35,924 nt of DNA from Candidatus Omnitrophota bacterium (GTDB lineage Bacteria; Ratteibacteria; UBA8468; MWAK01). The notes beneath the pieces were generated by a model that was not told the DNA's origin, did not search any database, and saw nothing but the letters and a program-made list of their open reading frames with translations. Location: NCBI GenBank assembly GCA_043826355.1, contig JBDRQI010000015.1, positions 1-35,924 on the forward strand, in the 5' to 3' direction. Shown in pieces: positions 9,651-18,800 of this stretch; the stretch's first letter is position 1, and each line of letters starts with the position of its first letter. Position numbers and translations under genes: made by a program.

Positions 9651-9884
9651 CCGGATCCATCAACCCCTGCCCCACTGCTCTATTTAATCCAATTCCATCT
9701 GCCAACGCAAGAAACCTTTTACCCCACCATTCTGTAGCAATTAGTTTCGTTTTAGGAAGTTGACCCTGGATACGCCGGATAAATTCTCTAACTGGATGGA
9801 CGCTATTTGGACACCAGGCGAAAATTCGGGGAATTTGGAAAAAAAGCAGGCTGGAAACGCAAATGGTATAATGGTCTTGAAAAG

Positions 9885-9956
9885 TGGGCCCAGCAGGGAT
9901 CGAACCTGCGACCAACGGATTATGAGTCCGCTGCTCTACCGCTGAGCTATAGGCCC
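9885..9956 (-). tRNA. tRNA with CAT anticodon, most likely tRNA-Ile2 (lysidine type)
   Basis: The reverse complement GGGCCTATAGCTCAGCGGTAGAGCAGCGGACTCATAATCCGTTGGTCGCAGGTTCGATCCCTGCTGGGCCCA folds as a cloverleaf. The paired G1-C72 excludes the initiator, and C4-G69/C5-G68 fit TilS substrates. No encoded CCA. Confidence 0.9.
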
Positions 9957-9994
9957 GGGGAAAAGAAAGACAACATAATTATAACATAAATACA

Positions 9995-10046
9995 GGATTA
10001 TTCGGCTGTGCTCAGAACGACACCAAAACATTAAGTCAGGATGACA
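9995..10046. repeat. Family A palindromic repeat, right half plus an extra terminal copy
   Basis: GGATTATTCGGCTGTGCTCAGAACGACA...TCAGGATGACA matches the right arm of the TGTCATCCTGA/TCAGAATGACA elements elsewhere in the window. Confidence 0.6.
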
Positions 10047-10060
10047 GAAAAAAATTGCGC

Positions 10061-10089
10061 TTGACAAACTATTTATTAGTAGGTAAAAT
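10061..10089 (+). promoter_or_regulatory. Sigma70 promoter of hup
   Basis: TTGACA-17 bp-TAAAAT. Confidence 0.75.
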
Positions 10090-10144
10090 TATCTTAAAAA
10101 CAATACGGTCTTTCCAGATTTACACCGGAAGGGGGTGAAACAAG

Positions 10145-10414
10145 ATGAACAAAGCGGAGTTGATTGAAACAGTGGGGAAATCGGTTTGCAGCAAAAAGGA
10201 AGCGGCGGCAGCAGTAGAAGCCGTACTGAATGCGGTTAAAGCAACCCTGAAAAAAGGCGGCAACGTAACGCTGGTCGGTTTCGGAACATTTAAGGTCGCA
10301 AAGAGAAAAGCCCGCACCGGTCGGAACCCGCGCACCGGCGCCAGCATAAAGATTTCCGCCAAAAATGTCCCTGTTTTTAAGGCAGGCAGCGCACTGAAAT
10401 CAGCCGTGAAGTAA
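10145..10414 (+). CDS. hup: DNA-binding protein HU
   Basis: MNKAELI...VTLVGFGTF...ARTGRNPRTG...VPVFKAGSALK. Confidence 0.96.
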   Translation: MNKAELIETVGKSVCSKKEAAAAVEAVLNAVKATLKKGGNVTLVGFGTFKVAKRKARTGRNPRTGASIKISAKNVPVFKAGSALKSAVK

Positions 10415-10445
10415 TACGAATCCGGTTAGAAAACCGAACGAAGCA

Positions 10446-10491
10446 TATAAAAAATGGCAGCCAGAAGTAATGCAGGCTGCCATTTTTTATA
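10446..10491. terminator. Bidirectional intrinsic terminator between convergent hup and the MgtC gene
   Basis: Perfect 17-bp inverted repeat TATAAAAAATGGCAGCC / GGCTGCCATTTTTTATA with A/T tracts on both sides. Confidence 0.8.
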
Positions 10492-10514
10492 GATAGATAT
10501 TTATAAGCAGATTA

Positions 10515-11192
10515 TTATTTCCACTCCACCATCTTGACCCCGGGGACGGACGCAAACTTCCGGACCACATCCTCGCCGGAGACAGTTCCCTTGTGCCTCA
10601 CGCTGAACTCAACTTCCGTCATCGGGGGCGGAGTCTGAACTTTGATGGTCTGGTTCATTATCTTCATCTGGAATTCGTCCAGAATCTGAAGCAGGGGTGC
10701 CATCTCTTTTTCACCGTCCCGGTTGATAAGGATTGAGTTGTAGGTGTCTTTCGGGATGAGCCGCTCCACCACCCGCAGAAAATAGAGGACCAGGATTGAA
10801 ATCGCGGTGCTGGCCGCGCCCAGGTAGTAAAAGCCGCACCCGATTGCCAGGCCGATGGCTGCCACCACCCAGAGGCAGGCGGCGGTAGTGATGCCGCGGG
10901 TGCGCTTTTTATCCCGGACGATGGCGCCGGCCCCCAGGAAGCCGATGCCGGTAATGGTGCCGTAGGCGATACGGGCCGGGTCAAGCCGGAGGACGGAATC
11001 GGCCGAAAAGCCGGCAAAGAGTTCCGGGATGCGCAAGGAGGTTATCATTATCAGACAGGTTCCGCCGCAGACTAAAATCAGGGTGCGGAAACCAGCTTCC
11101 CGGCCGTGGCTTTCCCGTTCCAGGCCGACGACTCCGCCCAAAACCGCGGCAATAAGCAGGCGCAAAACCCATTCCCATTCGGATACTATCAT
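10515..11192 (-). CDS. MgtC/SapB family membrane protein
   Basis: GGVVGLERE...AGFRTLILV, DPARIAYGTITGIGFLGAGAI and GITTAACLW, with an ACT-like C-terminal domain. Start set at ATG 11192. Confidence 0.92.
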   Translation of the reverse strand: MIVSEWEWVLRLLIAAVLGGVVGLERESHGREAGFRTLILVCGGTCLIMITSLRIPELFAGFSADSVLRLDPARIAYGTITGIGFLGAGAIVRDKKRTRGITTAACLWVVAAIGLAIGCGFYYLGAASTAISILVLYFLRVVERLIPKDTYNSILINRDGEKEMAPLLQILDEFQMKIMNQTIKVQTPPPMTEVEFSVRHKGTVSGEDVVRKFASVPGVKMVEWK

Positions 11193-11199
11193 AGATAAA

Positions 11200-11241
11200 A
11201 TTGTAACTCTTTTGCCACAAATAGGCAAATTGGGTTAAAAT
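11200..11241. promoter_or_regulatory. Overlapping divergent promoters, both placed for leaderless transcripts
   Basis: Plus strand: TTGCCA (11212)-18-TAAAAT (11236), 6 nt before ATG 11248. Minus strand: TTGCCT-17-TACAAT (11205-11200), 7 nt before ATG 11192. Confidence 0.55.
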
Positions 11242-11247
11242 GAAACG

Positions 11248-12006
11248 ATGCGCTGCCTGTTTTCCTTCCTGATTTTTTTTGCCGGCTTTGTCCTGTTTTG
11301 CCGGGCGCAGGAAATCCCTTTCAGGGCCGGGGAGACCTTTGAATATCAACTTAAGTGGAATGTCTTCTCCGGCGGCAAGATGTCTCTTGCGGTAAAGGAA
11401 GACGCTTACCTTGAAGGGGAACGCGCCTTTCACCTTCAAGCGGAGACAGAGACTGAAGGAATGTTTCACAAATTTTACCCTTTTCGCGCTAAGATTGATT
11501 CCTTTGTTTCCCGGAAGGATTTTCTGCCCCTGCGCTATCAGTATTCATCCTGGGTACCGGATACAACCGTGTCGGAAGTAAGTTCTTTTCCGCGCGGTCA
11601 GTCCCAGGGGAAGTATCGCCTGGAGCAGTACAAGAAGGGAACGAAGAAAGAAAAAAACGAAACGTTTGATCTTGCCGCCTTTTTTCAGGACCCGCTTTCG
11701 GTTCTCTACTATATCCGGACCCAGGAACTGAACGTCGGAGACCGGATTGAAGTTCCGCTCATCACCGACCGGAAGGTTTCCAGGGTTACGGTAAAAGTGC
11801 TCCGCCGGACAAGGATAAAAGCGGCGGGAAAGTCCTGGGATGCTTTTATTCTGGAGCCTGGATTTCCAGTGGGCGGAATGTCGTTTAACGAAGGTTCATT
11901 GTGGATATGGATTTCGGCGGATAAGGCAAGGATACCGCTCTATTTTTCCGGCCGTTCGCCGTTTGGCATGATTTCTGGGACACTGGTGAAGATAGGAGAA
12001 GGTTAA
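11248..12006 (+). CDS. DUF3108-like exported protein
   Basis: Signal peptide, PFRAGETFEYQLKW, QDPLSVLYYIR and LWIWISADKARIPL. Confidence 0.75.
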   Translation: MRCLFSFLIFFAGFVLFCRAQEIPFRAGETFEYQLKWNVFSGGKMSLAVKEDAYLEGERAFHLQAETETEGMFHKFYPFRAKIDSFVSRKDFLPLRYQYSSWVPDTTVSEVSSFPRGQSQGKYRLEQYKKGTKKEKNETFDLAAFFQDPLSVLYYIRTQELNVGDRIEVPLITDRKVSRVTVKVLRRTRIKAAGKSWDAFILEPGFPVGGMSFNEGSLWIWISADKARIPLYFSGRSPFGMISGTLVKIGEG

Positions 12007-12024
12007 GGAGGGCCGAAGGGTAAA

Positions 12025-12516
12025 ATGAAAGTGCTGGCGATTGATACGACCGGGGAAGAGAAGAGTTTTGCACTGGCTTGCGGCGGCCAACTGCTTGCGG
12101 AGTTTTCTTTCAACGGAGACCTCTTTTTGGAATTCTGGCCGCACCTGAAATGTTTTTTGAACGCGAACCGGGTAAAGATAAAAGAGGTTGACTGTTTTGC
12201 GGTTAACACCGGACCGGGTTCCTGGACCGGATTACGTTTTGGAATCTCGGTGGTCAAGGGCTTGGCCGCGGCGACCGGCCGGAAGGTTTTCGGGCTGCCG
12301 GCCGCGGAATTATCCGCCTTGGCTCCGTCGGAACACACCCCGTATAGGCGGCTGTTGCCTTCTGCGGGGCACACGCCGGCGGCGTTCCTGGCCTGCCGAT
12401 GCAGCGGCGGGGTAAATCCGGAGGATTTGAAACTGGTTTACGGCCGCCTGCCTAAGTTTAGAAAACTTCAAAGTGTCACCCTGAGTAATAACGAAAGGTC
12501 TCGTATTAAAGGATGA
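12025..12516 (+). CDS. tsaB: tRNA t6A biosynthesis protein TsaB (short form)
   Basis: MKVLAIDTT and AVNTGPGSWTGLRFGISVVKGLA. Only 163 aa; the C-terminus runs into a repeat. Confidence 0.85.
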   Translation: MKVLAIDTTGEEKSFALACGGQLLAEFSFNGDLFLEFWPHLKCFLNANRVKIKEVDCFAVNTGPGSWTGLRFGISVVKGLAAATGRKVFGLPAAELSALAPSEHTPYRRLLPSAGHTPAAFLACRCSGGVNPEDLKLVYGRLPKFRKLQSVTLSNNERSRIKG

Positions 12517-12543
12517 GATTCTTCGCTATCGCTCAGAATGACA
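12474..12543. repeat. Family A palindromic element overlapping the tsaB 3' end
   Basis: TGTCACCCTGAG...CGAAAGGTCTC...GAGATTCTTCG...CTCAGAATGACA. Confidence 0.85.
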
Positions 12544-12550
12544 AGAACAT

Positions 12551-13657
12551 ATGACTAAAATTCTCTTTTTTACGGTGGACAGCCGCATCGGCGGAACCGA
12601 GAAGATGGTAATCTCCCTGGCCGCCTCCCTGCCGAAAGATGAGTTTTCCGTGTTCATCCTTACCATCAAGCCGGAAGGCCCGCTGCACGAGATGGCTCAG
12701 GCTTCCGGAATAGGCGCCGGCACGCTGGGAATCAGAAGCCGGCTGAACGGCTTTCTGGCTCCCCCGCGCTTGTTTCGTTTTCTGCTTAAAGACCGGTTTG
12801 ACGTTATCCACACCTTTCTGTTTCAGGCAAACAACCTGGGACGGGTGGTGGGCTGGCTGGCGAATGTGCCGGTAAGAATCGGAAGCCAGCGGTCCACCGA
12901 CTACTGGCGCCGGCCCTACCACAACCTGCTTGACCGGATAACCCTGCCTTGCAGCCGTATCGTCGTGAGCAACAGCGAGGCGGGACGTAAAATGCTGATG
13001 CGCCGGGTAGGTCTGGCGCCGGAGAAGATTATCGTCATCCCCAATGGCGTTCCGTCGGCTACTGTAATTTTAAAAGATAAGGCGCGGGAAATGCTGGGTT
13101 TTTTCGGGGAAGAGTTTTTAATCGGTTCGGCCGGCAACCTGCGGCCTCCCAAGGGTTATCAGTATCTTTTGCCGGCTTTCCGGGAGGTCGCGTTGAAATA
13201 CCCGGAGTCAAGACTTCTGATTGCCGGCGAGGGACCGCTGAGAAAGACGCTGGAAAAGTTCAGCCGGCGCCTGGGAATTTCCAGTAAGGTATTCTTTTTA
13301 GGATTTCGGAAAGACCTGTCGGTCTTCTATTCCGGCCTGGATATTTTTGTGATGCCTTCTCTGTGGGAGGGGATGCCGGTGGCGCTCCTGGAGGCGCTCT
13401 CCTATGGGATTCCGGTGGTGGCGACCGCAGTATCAGGAATTCCGGAAGTGGTGAGCGACGGTTGTGAAGGTTTCCTGGTAGCGCCGGCAAACCCCCGGCA
13501 GATTACCGTTGGGATGCTGGAACTTCTGAATAATCCGCAGAAGCGGTTGGAGATGGGCGGCCGGGGAAGGGCAAGGGCGGAGACCGAATATTCGCGGGAG
13601 AAGATGGTCACCGCCTACGCGAACCTTTACAGGGAGATGGCCAAGGAAGTACAATAG
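12551..13657 (+). CDS. Glycosyltransferase family 4 (GT-B fold)
   Basis: GGTEK, IPNGV, KGYQYLL, IAGEGP and PSLWEGMPVALLEALSYGIPVVATAVSGIPE. Confidence 0.93.
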   Translation: MTKILFFTVDSRIGGTEKMVISLAASLPKDEFSVFILTIKPEGPLHEMAQASGIGAGTLGIRSRLNGFLAPPRLFRFLLKDRFDVIHTFLFQANNLGRVVGWLANVPVRIGSQRSTDYWRRPYHNLLDRITLPCSRIVVSNSEAGRKMLMRRVGLAPEKIIVIPNGVPSATVILKDKAREMLGFFGEEFLIGSAGNLRPPKGYQYLLPAFREVALKYPESRLLIAGEGPLRKTLEKFSRRLGISSKVFFLGFRKDLSVFYSGLDIFVMPSLWEGMPVALLEALSYGIPVVATAVSGIPEVVSDGCEGFLVAPANPRQITVGMLELLNNPQKRLEMGGRGRARAETEYSREKMVTAYANLYREMAKEVQ

Positions 13658-13670
13658 ATTCTAACGAAAG

Positions 13671-13717
13671 CCCCTCATATTTGACCTCTCCCCGTTGGGG
13701 AGAGGAACGGTGAGGGG
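13671..13717. repeat. Family C nested palindrome (intergenic copy)
   Basis: CCCCTCA...CCTCTCCCC-GTT-GGGGAGAGG...TGAGGGG. Confidence 0.8.
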
Positions 13718-13729
13718 GGAAAGGATACC

Positions 13730-14356
13730 ATGTTTGGATTTGGAGAATTAATCATAAAAGGCGGGGTCATCATGATTCCCATCATCCTTTGCTCCATCCT
13801 TTCGCTGGCGGTTATTATTGAACGGGCCATCAACCTGCACCGCGCCCAGGTTGACAGCGAAACCTTCTTCCGGAAGGTGGAGGACCCGATTCGGCGCAAC
13901 AAGATTATTGAAGCCATCAACCTTTGCGAAGCCGCGACGGGTTCGGTGCCCCGGATTGTCAAGAGCGGCCTGTTGTGCCACGACCGGACCAACGATGAAA
14001 TAAGGGAAGCGATTGCGGAGACCGCTTCTTTTGAGGTTCCATACCTGGAGCGGTATTTCGGAATCCTGGCTACCGTTGCCACCATCGCTCCGCTGTTAGG
14101 GCTTTTAGGCACGGTTACCGGCCTGATGCGCGCTTTTATGATTATCCAGATGAAGAGCGGCCTGGTCAACCCAAGCGACCTGGCCGGCGGAATCTGGGAA
14201 GCGCTTATTACCACCGTGGCCGGCCTGGCCGTAGCCATTCCCACTTATGTTGCCTACAACTATTTTGTCAACCGGGTCAACGCGATAATTACCGAGATGG
14301 AGAAGAGCGCCAGCCGGCTTCTGCAGTTGCTCTCGCTAAGGGAACCGGTGGGGTAA
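13730..14356 (+). CDS. exbB: MotA/TolQ/ExbB proton channel protein
   Basis: Three TMs; APLLGLLGTVTGLMRAF and GGIWEALITTVAGLAVAIP. Confidence 0.9.
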   Translation: MFGFGELIIKGGVIMIPIILCSILSLAVIIERAINLHRAQVDSETFFRKVEDPIRRNKIIEAINLCEAATGSVPRIVKSGLLCHDRTNDEIREAIAETASFEVPYLERYFGILATVATIAPLLGLLGTVTGLMRAFMIIQMKSGLVNPSDLAGGIWEALITTVAGLAVAIPTYVAYNYFVNRVNAIITEMEKSASRLLQLLSLREPVG

Positions 14357-14381
14357 GAACATTTTGTATTAGAATGCTGTT

Positions 14382-14475
14382 TGTCATCCAGAGTTTTTAA
14401 ATAATTTGTCATCCTGAACGAAGTGAAGGATCTCTCTTTTAAGAATGAGATTCTTCGCGACCGCTCAGAATGACA
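14382..14475. repeat. Family A palindromic element (14407-14475) with an upstream partial copy
   Basis: TGTCATCCTGAACGAAGTGAAGGATCTC...GAGATTCTTCGCGACCGCTCAGAATGACA, preceded by TGTCATCCAGAG. Confidence 0.9.
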
Positions 14476-14486
14476 ACAATGATAGC

Positions 14487-14897
14487 ATGAGACAGGTAAA
14501 GTTCAAACGGCACCACAAACTGACCAGAGGCCAGCTGGATATGGCCCCGCTGATTGACTGCGTCCTCCTGCTGATGATATATTTTATGCTCACTTCTTCA
14601 TTTATCATGCAGCCGGGTTTGAAGATTAAACTCCCGGAGGCGAAGACGACCGAGCAGGGAGTGCCTCAGCCGGTGCTGGTTTCGGTTACGCAGAATAATA
14701 TCATCTTTTTCCATGACCGGCCGGTGACGATTACGGAGTTGGAATTCCTGCTGGCCGCAGAAGGCAAAAAGGGAAAGTTTGCCCTGGTGGTCAAGGGCGA
14801 CCAGACAGCCAGCCACGGATTGGTGGTAAAGGTGCTGGATATTGCGCGGCTGGCCGGCGCGGAAAAGTTGGTCGTTGCCACCCGCCCGGAGTTGTAA
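14487..14897 (+). CDS. exbD: Biopolymer transporter ExbD/TolR
   Basis: MAPLIDCVLLLMIYFML, IKLPEA and VKGD...HGLVVKVLD. The start is probably 14487, because ATG 14445 lies inside the repeat. Confidence 0.9.
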   Translation: MRQVKFKRHHKLTRGQLDMAPLIDCVLLLMIYFMLTSSFIMQPGLKIKLPEAKTTEQGVPQPVLVSVTQNNIIFFHDRPVTITELEFLLAAEGKKGKFALVVKGDQTASHGLVVKVLDIARLAGAEKLVVATRPEL

Positions 14898-14908
14898 AGT
14901 GTTGTTTA

Positions 14909-15024
14909 TGTCATCCTGGGTCCTCAATAATCTGTCATCCTGAACGAAGTGAAGGATCTCTCTTTTAAAAACGAGATTCTTCGACTACCGTCTCAGAATG
15001 ACAACAAAGGGTCTCAGAATGACA
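14909..15024. repeat. Family A palindromic element (14933-15003) with partial copies on both sides
   Basis: Near-identical to 14407-14475, with an extra TGTCATCCTGGG upstream and GTCTCAGAATGACA downstream. Confidence 0.9.
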
Positions 15025-15031
15025 GTTCTGT

Positions 15032-15700
15032 ATGAATCTCTTTCAGAAGACCCTGGTGTTTTCCTTTATCGGCCATGCGGTTGTCCTGACCGTCTTTGCG
15101 CTGGCTCTGCCCAGCCGGGTGATGACCTTTGCCCAGATACCGGTGGAACTGGCGCCTTTGCCGGAAGCGCCGCCGGTCTTGGGGCAGAGCCGGGGCAGAC
15201 CCCTGACTGCGGCTCCGGCTGAAGGCGGTTTCCGTTCCCTGGTCGGCATCTATTTGCCGTCTGCCCGGTCAACCTATGCCGGTCCCGCGGTTTTGGAGCC
15301 GGGCGTCGCGCCGTCCGCCTTGTCGTCCGTTGACCTGTTGCCTTCTGCGGCCAGGCCCGGGGCAGATTTGCCTCTGATCGTTCCGGAAGGAAATATCAAC
15401 CGCGTCTTTTCCAGCGAATCCGCCTTCAAGCTTTCCGGACCCGGAGCTAAACGGAAGATCATCTCCGCGCCGCTCCCCTATTATCCTGAATGGGCAAAGG
15501 AGCGGGGCGTAGAGGCATACCTGGAATTGAAGATGTGGATTGACGGTTCCGGCGGTGTGCAGGAAGTCGCCATCCTGAAGAGTTCCGGTTACTCGGACCT
15601 GGACCGCATCTGCGCGGAGACAGTCAGCCGGTGGCGTTTTGACCCGGAAGAGGGCCAGCCGACCTGGGCGATTCTGCCCTTGCGCTTCCATTTGATTTGA
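15032..15700 (+). CDS. tonB: Energy transducer TonB family protein
   Basis: N-terminal TM with SxxxH (SFIGH), a Pro-rich linker and a TonB_C domain (PYYPEWAKERGVE...SSGYSDLD...WRFDP). Confidence 0.85.
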   Translation: MNLFQKTLVFSFIGHAVVLTVFALALPSRVMTFAQIPVELAPLPEAPPVLGQSRGRPLTAAPAEGGFRSLVGIYLPSARSTYAGPAVLEPGVAPSALSSVDLLPSAARPGADLPLIVPEGNINRVFSSESAFKLSGPGAKRKIISAPLPYYPEWAKERGVEAYLELKMWIDGSGGVQEVAILKSSGYSDLDRICAETVSRWRFDPEEGQPTWAILPLRFHLI

Positions 15701-15895
15701 CGCTTGCCTCTTTTTAGTATAATATAAAGAGATATACTGTTAAACATATTCCGCGCTTTTTGTATCTAAATATAAGTGTTAAGGATATTTAGAACGAACT
15801 TTTTTTGCGGAAATAGGTACTAACTATACAGAAGACCAAAAGAGGTTGGTATTTTCTTGCGTGGTGACAGTATCTTAATTTCCCGGAGGCCTAAA

Positions 15896-18800
15896 ATGCG
15901 ATTCAATAACAGATTTAAAAAAGTGCCATTGCGAGCCTCGCCAAAGGCGGGCGTGGCAATCTCAGCCCTTTTCCTTTTCCTTCTCCTCTCTTCCTTTTTT
16001 GTCACGCCGGCTTTAGCCACGCTTACCGTTACCAGTGTTACCAGCACGGCGGTTGCCAACCAGGGCATCCTGCCCAACAGTCCGCCGACCGCGCTTTTGC
16101 GGGTGGAGATTACCGCGTCTGCCGGAAGCGACATTTTTCAGTCAATCACGGCGTCACTAATTGATGTAGAAGGATTGACTGCAAGCGATATCAGCCGGAT
16201 AAGCATTTACGAGGATTACCAACCTTCCGTCGGCAGTCCTGGTGACGGGCTCTTTACCAGCGCGGATGTGGAAATTGCTTACATAGATAACCCTGATCCA
16301 CTTACAAATATACTAATCAATATTCCTGGTAACAGGACGATTCCTTTGAATGGCGCGGTTTATAAATGGTACTACTTTATCGTTGTTGAAACCTCAGGTT
16401 CTATCTCTCACGCTGATGCTTTTCAAGGAAGATTAGAGGGAATCGTGGGATCAGCTGGCGGTAATCTTGGAACTTTCGTATCACCAGAATCCAGAACTTC
16501 CAACGCGATCCGTTGCGAATGCAAGGTGGTGGACATCTATTACACCGAATCCAACGCTTCCCTGTTTACGACGTGGAACCTGGTGGCCAACGCCTACGAA
16601 ACTTACTGGAAGCCAAACTACCTTTCCCACGGCATCGTGCAGGAGATGACCGAGCCCAAAGAGTTTGTGCTGTCCGATACCCACCTTTACTCTCTCTCCG
16701 AGGCCTGGAGGTATTCTAAATTAGGCGGTGCCCCGGACGTTGCCTCGAGCAAAGCCGCGGCCAGCAATTTTCTCAAGTTTGAGCGCAGACGGAAACTGAT
16801 GGGGATGAACGTCCCGACCGCGGTCTTAGGCGTAAAGGTTGCCGGCAAGAACCAATGGCAGGACGCCACTTACTACGACACCGATTATTTACAACAGATT
16901 ACCATCGTTTTTAAGGATACGCCCAAGGGTACACCACCCACTTACAACTTTGATCCGGAATGGGCGCTCTTTGGCATTACTTCAGGCAATGAGGCAGGAA
17001 GCGGCGTAGCGGTTTACCGGGATACAAACAAAAACGGTGTCTTTAACGAAGGAGTTGACCAAGTTTTAAGCATAGTCTCGCGTTCGTGGAGCGGCTGGGG
17101 CGGGGTTGGTTTGGACGAGAAGACCCTGACGCTTAATTTTTCGGGACCGGCAGTTAATCCCCAGGCCGGGATTCCCAAGTTATTTGACGCGGACCTGGAT
17201 GACAATACCGGGCACGATACGAAGGGCGTTGATTTCCTTGTGGTCCTGCGCGGTAACCCGGCTTACATAGAATACGGCGCGGACTTTACGGCGAAGGTTA
17301 GCGGAATGGATTTTGTAGGAGCCGACAATCCGCCGGTTTCCGCCGACTGGCACGAGACCCGGGAGATAAAGGCGGTATTTGAACTCTTTGATTATACCGG
17401 CACCCGGGTTGACCCGAACACCACCTTCCCGGTCATCGGCATCAACCTCAACAAGGGCGTGTCGCCGGCAACCCTGACCAGGTTTACCTTTTTCCTGAAA
17501 AAGACCAATACCAATTTTAACCCCGCCGATGATTTAACTGCTCCCGGCGTAACGGTTTTAAGCCGCACCGGCGCTGTGGTTCCGACAACCACTTCCGGTT
17601 GGAGCGATGATGTTGACCCCGCAGGCCTGCCCGCAGGCACCTGGGCTAAGACCATAGTCACTTTCGTTTCGGCGGGAACAACTATTCCCGGCGATGACAC
17701 TGGCGTAGATTCCGGCCCGGACTACTTTGTCAACCTTACCACCAACAGTAATTTCGGATATAAAAAGCAGATTGTCGCCGCTATCCGTAATTCAGAATTT
17801 GTTTTTGGCAGCCCCACCAGGACCAATGCGGCCGGGACCGCTTTAACTACCAATGCCAACGTTGACCACGGCAGTAATGAACGGGTCTATCCGGAAATTA
17901 ACCTGATAACGCCGGAAAATAATCCCATGCTGGGCAACCCGGCGGTGGTCTTCAGCCAGGTAGACACCAAAATCAGGATAAACAGCAACCCGGCCGCAAT
18001 CATCGGGATTGAACTGGCGGCAAACACCAGCCTTTCCGTTCCCGCCGCGCCGGTTGAACTGAAGAGTTTGGTGGTGCAGATAGCGGATATCGGCGGCGGG
18101 TTTCTGCTGAGTGGCCTGGCCCCGATGACTACCGATAGTAATACCAGCGGTTTGGGTGTCTGGCTTGACAACGGAAATGGCGTCTTTGGCGCAGGCGACA
18201 CTGCCCGCGCCCTGGCTTTTCCGCCGACTTACAGTATAACCGAAGGGGCGGAGGGATATTATCGGTATCTCCTGGTTCTGCAAACCCCGCTGGTTCTTCC
18301 CACCAGCGGCGCTTCCAAAATCTTCGTCACCTTAAGGAGCAGCGGTACGATGAGCGCCACCGATGCCATTGACGTGCGCATCTGGGGCAGTGAGATTACA
18401 CCCTGTTCTTCCTACGGGCTTGGTTTCCGGCCTACGGATGCCAACGTGACAAGCAGGGAAACATCAGATTACACGGTAAACTCGATTCTCGACTCTGACA
18501 CCCTGAGGCTTGCATCATCTCCGGGCGGTTCTCCTCCTCTTGATTACAGCCGGGACTGGTACCTGGTTATTACCTCGGGTAGTGCGCTGGGTCAGGTTTA
18601 CCGGGTGGTTAGCGTATCCGGCACGGATGTCACGGTGGCTGGCGCGGATGGCACTGACCCTGGCCTGACCTACATCGGTTCGGTGACCGCGGTGAGGTTT
18701 TTCAAGGTGGATAGCACCAGTTACCAGCGCTCCTCCGCGCCGGTTGCCTGTTCCGGAATTTACAGCCTGAATATTATCAAGCCCAGTTCGGCCGGCGAAC

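Noticed and set aside
9760..9989. Short ORFs overlapping the tRNA(CAT)
   Set aside because: Explained by the tRNA gene on the minus strand.
14445..14486. Longer exbD start (MRFFATAQND...)
   Set aside because: The ATG lies within the palindromic repeat. It cannot be excluded, but 14487 gives a typical ExbD N-terminus.
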